This document shows positions 58,026 through 64,000 of a stretch of 64,000 nt of DNA, in pieces. Position numbers and translations under genes: made by a program. The stretch's first letter is position 1; each line of letters opens with the position of its first letter. The DNA lies in NCBI GenBank assembly GCA_016783555.1, contig JADHWH010000001.1, positions 16,913 through 80,912 on the forward strand, written 5' to 3'. Source of the DNA: Candidatus Omnitrophota bacterium. Its GTDB lineage: Bacteria; Omnitrophota; Gorgyraeia; JABMRJ01. The notes under the pieces are model-generated. The model was not told where the DNA came from. It did not search any database and saw only the letters and a program-made list of their open reading frames with translations.

Positions 58026-59987
58026 CTAACCGATATGCCAGTCTATCCCAAACCGCCAGGTCCCATCTTTATCAAAATCCGGCTTCCAGAGAAAAAATAT
58101 GCAGGAACACTGGAAGTTTGACCTATATGCTATCTGGGACTTTGATACGGTCTCAACAGGAAAGTACCAGATCTCTTTGGGGCTTTTAGAAAATTCGAAT
58201 TTAAGTTCCAACTCCTTTTTAGAATCGCGTATCTCAAAGAACTTTGCGTCTTTTACAATGCCGTCTTCGTTTAACACACCCAGGATATCCCCATTTGCGA
58301 AATAGCGGTATCTGTCCGAATTTAAAAACGGCATGGTTAGATTAAAATCTGCGCCAAAAAGGCAGTTTAAATCTTTACCCGTTATATTTTCTATCTTGTA
58401 TGATATCTGGATAATACTCTTTTTAATCCTGATATCCTTCGTCAATTTTACCTCTGCTCCGGATACGGAAGACGCGCGCTCCAGGATAAGGCCGTCTCTC
58501 TTCTTTTTTGCGGTATAATCTCCGTTTGAAAACCCGCCGTGTGAATTGAATTTCGCATGAATAAAATCTCCCATCTTTAAGTCCTCTTCAACGAAATAGT
58601 CCCTCAGGCAGTGGCGCTGGTATTTATCATATACAAGCTTCCCGCTAAGTGAGGGTTCTACTCTCCTTGCATCATCGTGGTAGGGCTCCTTTTTTCGCGA
58701 GAGGCCGTCTATGATATTTGCGCATATCGGCTTATAGTCTAGCTCTCCTAAGGTCCCGCCGTCCTTCGGGTCAAGATATAAGGATAAAAGATTGTTTTCA
58801 ATGATAAATTCATCCTTGCCGTCAGAATCAAAGTCCAGATTTTTTACATCTGACCATTCTTTCTTTCTATGCCTTGCGCCGTCGATTATATTCTCGGCAG
58901 CTATTAAGTGATTATAGATTGCGCTTCTTAAATGGTACATATATAAACCGCCGAAAGTCCCGTGCCAGTAACCGCAGTTACATTCCCCCCTATATAGCTC
59001 CACATTAGCCCAGTGATGGCGTTCTCTTGATTGCTTCCGGAAGCCCTTCCATAATCTTCTTACCTTATCGCTCACATAGAGCATCTTTCTGTACATATGA
59101 CCCGTTTCAGGATACTTTTGTAAGAAATTAAACCATGAACCGCCGGCCCATTCCATCATCTCCTCATATGATGCCTCCGGTATCTCTATCTTTGAGGGCG
59201 CCCTGTGCGACCTTAGATAATCCGTCAACTTAACCGGACTTATCCATTCACTATTTCGTTTTATCTCATCAAAAAATCTCTTGAGCCATCCGCTTTTGTA
59301 AACCCAATCGTATGTGCCCGGCCACTCCCCGAACTTCTCCACATCATCGGCATAACAAAAGAGGGGATTGCGCCCGTTTTGGCCTGCCTTCTTAAAATAT
59401 TCGATAGTCTCCCGGGGCTCTTTAAACGGTATTGTATAGCGGAGCATCTTATCGGAGAAGAATACGGCTATCCTGCGGAAAAACCCTCCTGTCAGAAGAT
59501 ATCCGTATGTATCCTCTTTCTTCTTACCCGCCTTTATAAGGTGCGTATCATCTAATACGCAATAACGCGCTCCGGATCTATGAAGATATTTCACAAGGGA
59601 GGGGTTCCAGACGCGTTCGGGGATCCATGCACCCCGCGGGTTTGCGCCAAACTTTTCCTTTACGGCCTTTGACATAAGGTCTACCTGCCCTTTAATATCA
59701 CGCGGCGGTATAGACGGAAGTATCGGTTCATAATAGGGCCCGCCCATTATCTCGACCTGCCCCTTTGATACCATATCCTTAATGGTCTTTATAATCTCGG
59801 GATGCGCTCTTTGAAAAAACTCTAATAAGCTGCCTGAGATATGCAGCGTCATCTGCATATCGGGATAATAGGTCAGAAATTCCAGAAAAGGCCTGTAACA
59901 ACGTTGATAGGCCCTCTCGAAAATCTCAGAGAAGTTGCCAACGGGCTGATGAAAGTGTAAAACCATGGCAAAGTCTATTCTTTCCAT
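58026..59987 (-). CDS. GH57 4-alpha-glucanotransferase/alpha-amylase
   Basis: HFHQPVGNF, YYEPIL, WIPERVW, DDVEKFGEWP, YWHG.FGGLY. Confidence 0.9.
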   Translation of the reverse strand: MERIDFAMVLHFHQPVGNFSEIFERAYQRCYRPFLEFLTYYPDMQMTLHISGSLLEFFQRAHPEIIKTIKDMVSKGQVEIMGGPYYEPILPSIPPRDIKGQVDLMSKAVKEKFGANPRGAWIPERVWNPSLVKYLHRSGARYCVLDDTHLIKAGKKKEDTYGYLLTGGFFRRIAVFFSDKMLRYTIPFKEPRETIEYFKKAGQNGRNPLFCYADDVEKFGEWPGTYDWVYKSGWLKRFFDEIKRNSEWISPVKLTDYLRSHRAPSKIEIPEASYEEMMEWAGGSWFNFLQKYPETGHMYRKMLYVSDKVRRLWKGFRKQSRERHHWANVELYRGECNCGYWHGTFGGLYMYHLRSAIYNHLIAAENIIDGARHRKKEWSDVKNLDFDSDGKDEFIIENNLLSLYLDPKDGGTLGELDYKPICANIIDGLSRKKEPYHDDARRVEPSLSGKLVYDKYQRHCLRDYFVEEDLKMGDFIHAKFNSHGGFSNGDYTAKKKRDGLILERASSVSGAEVKLTKDIRIKKSIIQISYKIENITGKDLNCLFGADFNLTMPFLNSDRYRYFANGDILGVLNEDGIVKDAKFFEIRDSKKELELKFEFSKSPKEIWYFPVETVSKSQIAYRSNFQCSCIFFLWKPDFDKDGTWRFGIDWHIG

Positions 59988-59990
59988 AAT

Positions 59991-61484
59991 TTATCCGCTC
60001 TTTATCTTCTTATATAACTCTAAATATCTCTTAGCAGAGGCATCCCATGAGAAGTCGCATCTTAAGCCGTTCTTCTGTAATGCCCTCCAGGTTTTTTTAT
60101 CCCTGAATACCCCTACCGCCCGCCCTATCGCTTTTAACATGGCGTCGCAAGATGCCTCTTTAAATTTAAATCCGTTACCCTTTTTTGTATGCGGATCGAA
60201 ATCCTCTATCGTATCCTTGAGTCCCCCTGTCGCCCTCACTATCGGTATCGTGGCATACCTAAGGCTGTACATCTGATTCAATCCGCAAGGCTCATATCTT
60301 GAAGGCATAAGAAACATATCGCATCCCGCCTCTATCTTGTGGGCAAGGGGATTGTCAAACGCCACCTTTGCGCCTGCCCTGCCTTTATACCTCCTATCAA
60401 AGTCCTTAAAGAGACTATTGTATTTCTCATCCCCGGTGCCGAGTATGACAAAACTTGCGCCTAAATCTAAGAGCCCATCCATACCTTCAACGACCAGGTC
60501 TACGCCTTTCTGTTCGGCAAGTCTGGTTATCATCCCTATGATCGGCCTATCCTCATCAAACTCCAGGCCAAACTCCCCGCACAAATCCTTCTTGCACTCA
60601 AGTTTAGGCCTCAAATCGTCTTTTGTGAAATTCCCTGCTATAAACTTATCCGTCTCGGGATTCCATGTTGAATAATCAGCGCCGTTTAAGATGCCGTAGA
60701 GTGACTCTTTTCTCGTCCTCAGAATACCATCCAGCCCGCATCCGAATTCCGCTGTGAGCACCTCTCTCGCATAGCCTTCGCTTACGGTGCTGACGGCTTC
60801 AGAGTATACTATCCCGGATTTTATAAAACTTGCCTTCCCGTAGAATTCGATGCCGTCTTGTGTAAAGGTCCCTTCCGGCAGCTTCAATTCTTCTACCGCC
60901 TCTTTGCCAAAAAGCCCCTGGTATGCCATATTGTGCACTGCAAATAAGACCTTGATCTTTTTAAAATCTTTTCTCTCTTTATAAATATATCTTAGATAGA
61001 GTGGAATAAGGCCGGTCTGCCAGTCATTGCAATGCAGGATATCGGGCTTGCCTATATAAGGAATAGACTCCAGGACGGCTTTGGAAAAGAAGGCAAACCG
61101 CATCGCGTTATCCCCGTGGTCGCCTTTCGGCGTGCCGTACAGGCCGTCCCTGTCATAAAGAGCGTCATTTCCTATAAAATAGAAGTTGATATTCTTGTAG
61201 CTTAGAGAAGAGAGGTCGAAGCTCAAATCTCTTAAGCCTATCTTAACGGGGATGCCGGACTTAATAAGGTTGGGGGCAAACCCGTTTTGCCGCACCAGCT
61301 TATAAAGCGGCATGATAACGCTGGAATGGGCTTTAAGCTTATTTAACGCCAGAGGCAGGGCCTCGGAGACATCACCCAGACCTCCTGTCTTGGCAAAAGG
61401 CGAAACCTCCGATGAGACAAATATAATATTCATCCCGTTAGACCTACTCATAGAATCCCGCCAGAAAGGTCTAACGGGATTCAT
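59991..61484 (-). CDS. glgA: Glycogen synthase
   Basis: KTGGLGDV, HCNDWQTG, GILNG, RLAEQKG, PSRYEPCGL; first 17 aa derive from an in-frame inserted element, alternative ATG 61433. Confidence 0.95.
   Translation of the reverse strand: MNPVRPFWRDSMSRSNGMNIIFVSSEVSPFAKTGGLGDVSEALPLALNKLKAHSSVIMPLYKLVRQNGFAPNLIKSGIPVKIGLRDLSFDLSSLSYKNINFYFIGNDALYDRDGLYGTPKGDHGDNAMRFAFFSKAVLESIPYIGKPDILHCNDWQTGLIPLYLRYIYKERKDFKKIKVLFAVHNMAYQGLFGKEAVEELKLPEGTFTQDGIEFYGKASFIKSGIVYSEAVSTVSEGYAREVLTAEFGCGLDGILRTRKESLYGILNGADYSTWNPETDKFIAGNFTKDDLRPKLECKKDLCGEFGLEFDEDRPIIGMITRLAEQKGVDLVVEGMDGLLDLGASFVILGTGDEKYNSLFKDFDRRYKGRAGAKVAFDNPLAHKIEAGCDMFLMPSRYEPCGLNQMYSLRYATIPIVRATGGLKDTIEDFDPHTKKGNGFKFKEASCDAMLKAIGRAVGVFRDKKTWRALQKNGLRCDFSWDASAKRYLELYKKIKSG
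61433..61479. mobile_element. Start-codon-inserted miniature element, family A variant (TIR TCCCGTTAGACCT), 47 bp
   Basis: 13-bp perfect inverted ends; direct TTCA at 61429-61432 and 61480-61483. Confidence 0.85.
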
Positions 61485-62569
61485 CTGGTTATGGTATCTA
61501 TTAATTTATCGAAGGAGGCCTGGAATAACGACACGCCTTCATCCTGAATCTCCTGGCAGACGGCGGATAGATCAATCTTTAATTCACCCAGCTTCTTAAG
61601 CGAGTCTACGGCATCGCCTAAATCATCCTCGATAGCCAGCCTTGCCTCTCCGTGTTCGATGAAGGCATCCATAGTCTGCTGCGGCATCGTGTTTATGGTA
61701 TCCTTACCTATCAACTCTTCGACATATTTTACGTCGTTGTACGCGGGGTCTTTGGTGCTTGTGCTGGCCCATAACGGCCTCTGTATCTGCCCGCCCCTCT
61801 TCCTTAACGCGCCGAAATTTTCGTCGTTAAATATCTCCTTGAACTTCTGGTATATCATCTTGGTATTTGCGCAAGCGGCCTTCCCTTTAAGCGATTCGTT
61901 TTGGACATTTTTCAGTCTCTTATCAATCCAGGTATCGATCCTGCTTATGAATAGACTCGCGACTGACGCGACTCCTTTTATGGAATTGCCGTCCTTCAAC
62001 CTATCCTCCAGGCCGTCGATATAGGCCCTGGCCGCCCTTTCGTAATGCCCTACGGAAAAAAGGAGCGTCACATTCACATTTATGCCTTCCCTTATCAAAG
62101 ACCTTACGGCTGCGCAACCCCTCTCCGTGCCCGGCACCTTGATCATTATATTCTCCCTGCCGATCCTTTTAAAAATATCTTCTGCGCATAAGACTGTCTT
62201 CTTGGGGTCATGGGCATATTCCGGATATACCTCAATACTGACATAACCGTCTATTCCGTTCGTCGTTAGATATATCCCTTTTAAGAGATCCGCCGCGTCT
62301 CTAACATCCGAAATCGTAATCTCATCATAGATCTCTCTTGCGCCTTTACCCTCTTTCGACAGCGTCTTTATCTGCTCATCATATATGTTAGATGCCTCTA
62401 CCGCCTTTTGGAATATCGTCGGATTGGAAGTCAAACCGACTATGCCGCTGTCGATATAACTCTTAAGCGTCCCGCTTCTAATAAGCCTCCTGTCGATATT
62501 GTCATACCACGGGCTCTGTCCCAGTCTATATAATTTTCTTAATGTGCTAAGCTTAAGCTTTGTCTCCAT
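61481..62569 (-). CDS. tal: Transaldolase
   Basis: GQSPWYDNI, TSNPTIF, YVSIEV, MIKVP, NVTLLFS, RPLWASTSTK. Confidence 0.95.
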   Translation of the reverse strand: METKLKLSTLRKLYRLGQSPWYDNIDRRLIRSGTLKSYIDSGIVGLTSNPTIFQKAVEASNIYDEQIKTLSKEGKGAREIYDEITISDVRDAADLLKGIYLTTNGIDGYVSIEVYPEYAHDPKKTVLCAEDIFKRIGRENIMIKVPGTERGCAAVRSLIREGINVNVTLLFSVGHYERAARAYIDGLEDRLKDGNSIKGVASVASLFISRIDTWIDKRLKNVQNESLKGKAACANTKMIYQKFKEIFNDENFGALRKRGGQIQRPLWASTSTKDPAYNDVKYVEELIGKDTINTMPQQTMDAFIEHGEARLAIEDDLGDAVDSLKKLGELKIDLSAVCQEIQDEGVSLFQASFDKLIDTITR

Positions 62570-62671
62570 ATGAAATGTCTCTCTTCCTTAATTCCAAATA
62601 CATTATTTAAAGCGACGCTCTTTAAAAAGACGGGGTGGAAGTTGCGTGCAAGCTTCACTTCTACTGTAGCT

Positions 62672-62729
62672 GTAGGGCAGGTTTTCCCGCCTTGGCGGGA
62701 TCACGCTACAGCGGGAAAACCTACCCTAC
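62672..62729. repeat. GTAG-type REP/REPIN-like inverted pair
   Basis: GTAGGGCAGGTTTTCCCGC (62672-62690) ... GCGGGAAAACCTACCCTAC (62711-62729), 18/19 complementary. Confidence 0.7.
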
Positions 62730-62736
62730 GACTTCG

Positions 62737-63681
62737 TCATTTCAATTTCTTGATATACTTATAATAATCACTATCCGTGGTTAAAAGTATCGTTGAATTC
62801 TCATCAATGGTATTCCTATACGTATCGAGCGTCTTTAAAAACGTGTAAAACTCCTGATCCTGATTATAGGCCTCGGCGTATATCTTTATGGTCTGGGCAT
62901 CCGCCTTTCCTTTGATTCCCTGCGCAGTCTTGTAGGCCTCTGATCTTATCCGCTTTAGCTCTTTCTCTCTCTGGCCTTCTATCTCGGCGCGTTTTCCCTG
63001 CCCTTCCGAACGGTATTTCTCCGCGGCGCGCTTCCTTTCTGCGATCATGCGCTCGTATACCTTCTTTCTGACATCCTCGATATAGCTAATCCTCTTAATG
63101 CGCACGTCTACCAGTTCGATGCCATATTGCGGGGCCAGCTTCTTGGCCTTTATTAGAATCATGCCCTCAAGCTCTTTGCGCCCATCCTCTATGTGCTCAA
63201 TGGCCTCTTCGGTGATGATAATGTCCTCTCCTATCTCTTCTTTGCTTTCCAAGATACGGTTTGTATCTCTCACCGTCTCTACCAGAAGATGGCTCGTTAT
63301 AACGTCCCGGGTCGCCGAGTTTATGATATCGTCGAGGCGGCCCTGAGCGCTTACCTCATTATTTACCGACTGCAGGAATTTGAGCGGGTCTGTTATCTTC
63401 CAGCGCGCTGTGGTATCTACCCAGATATACTTCTTATCCCTTGTCGGTATCTGGTTGGGGTCGCCGTCCCACTGAAGCAGGCGCTTGTCGAAATAATTCG
63501 CCATTTGAATAAGCGGTTTCTTCAAATGCAGCCCCGCGGCGGTAACGGCATCTCCCACGGGCCTGCCGAACTGCGTAATTACCACCTGCTGTGTCTCATC
63601 GACTACATATATCACCCCGGTCAAAAACGCCAATATCACAATGACCACCAAGCCTATTATTATTCCGGATATCGTTCTCAT
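62737..63681 (-). CDS. hflC: FtsH protease modulator HflC
   Basis: TM plus SPFH; VITQFG, FDKRL, VDVRIKR, RMIAER, FYTFLKTL. Confidence 0.93.
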   Translation of the reverse strand: MRTISGIIIGLVVIVILAFLTGVIYVVDETQQVVITQFGRPVGDAVTAAGLHLKKPLIQMANYFDKRLLQWDGDPNQIPTRDKKYIWVDTTARWKITDPLKFLQSVNNEVSAQGRLDDIINSATRDVITSHLLVETVRDTNRILESKEEIGEDIIITEEAIEHIEDGRKELEGMILIKAKKLAPQYGIELVDVRIKRISYIEDVRKKVYERMIAERKRAAEKYRSEGQGKRAEIEGQREKELKRIRSEAYKTAQGIKGKADAQTIKIYAEAYNQDQEFYTFLKTLDTYRNTIDENSTILLTTDSDYYKYIKKLK

Positions 63682-64000
63682 TGTGTCCCGCCTCCTTTCT
63701 CGCCGATATTCAAAAGCTGTAAGATTGAAGATTGACTCGGATCTATTATATATTTATTTTTTGCCTTCGGCAGGACTTCCTGCATAGTATCAAGGTAGAG
63801 TCTTTTTCTGGTTACATCCGGCGCGTTTTTATATTCACGCCATGTAATGTCAAATCTTTCCGCGTCACCTTTTGCGCTGTTTATCTTACCCAAGCTGTAT
63901 CCCTCTGCCTCCCGGATCGTTCTCTCTGCCTCTCCTTTTGCAAGGGGTATTACCTTGTTATAGGCCTCCCATGCCTGGTTGATGAGCCGTTCCTTCTCCT
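63678..64000 (-). CDS. hflK: FtsH protease modulator HflK, C-terminal part
   Basis: AKGDAERF...EY..APDVTRKRLYLDTMQEVL directly upstream of hflC; truncated by the window edge. Confidence 0.88.
   Translation of the reverse strand, partial: EKERLINQAWEAYNKVIPLAKGEAERTIREAEGYSLGKINSAKGDAERFDITWREYKNAPDVTRKRLYLDTMQEVLPKAKNKYIIDPSQSSILQLLNIGEKGGGTQ

Noticed and set aside
811-63735. The many short plus-strand ORFs in the ORF track
   Set aside because: Antisense shadows of well-supported minus-strand genes with no recognisable motifs; only 40044..41696 is accepted

Overview
Bacterial chromosomal window, almost entirely minus-strand. The gene style resembles Candidatus Omnitrophota/PVC-like genomes, but that is only an impression. 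Positions 1-33.9 kb are one tightly coupled surface-glycan operon led by an EPS-associated MarR regulator. It holds pseudaminic acid genes (pseB/C/G/H/I plus an AKR-SpsF fusion), legionaminic acid genes (legB/C, NeuD-NeuB fusion, neuC, CBS-nucleotidyltransferase), two NeuA-type CMP synthetases, tailoring enzymes, and a complete homolog set of the Campylobacter phosphoramidate (MeOPN) precursor pathway Cj1415-Cj1418. Positions 34-52 kb hold a Cys-less purF and an accessory region: B12 radical SAMs, DinG, HigBA, a 1584-aa beta-helix surface protein, and an intact plus a decayed Y1/RAYT transposase. Positions 52-64 kb are housekeeping: DUF1846, carB with an ANTAR attenuator, GAF-ANTAR, GH57, glgA, tal, hflC, hflK. 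The most unusual signal is seven tiny (26-67 bp) palindromic elements of two sequence families, at six loci. Every one is inserted exactly into a start codon (A^TGAA or A^TGGA) and duplicates 4 bp. Each rebuilds a new GTG/ATG with its own Shine-Dalgarno-like sequence, and all but the shortest carry an internal decoy arm that could unmask that RBS.
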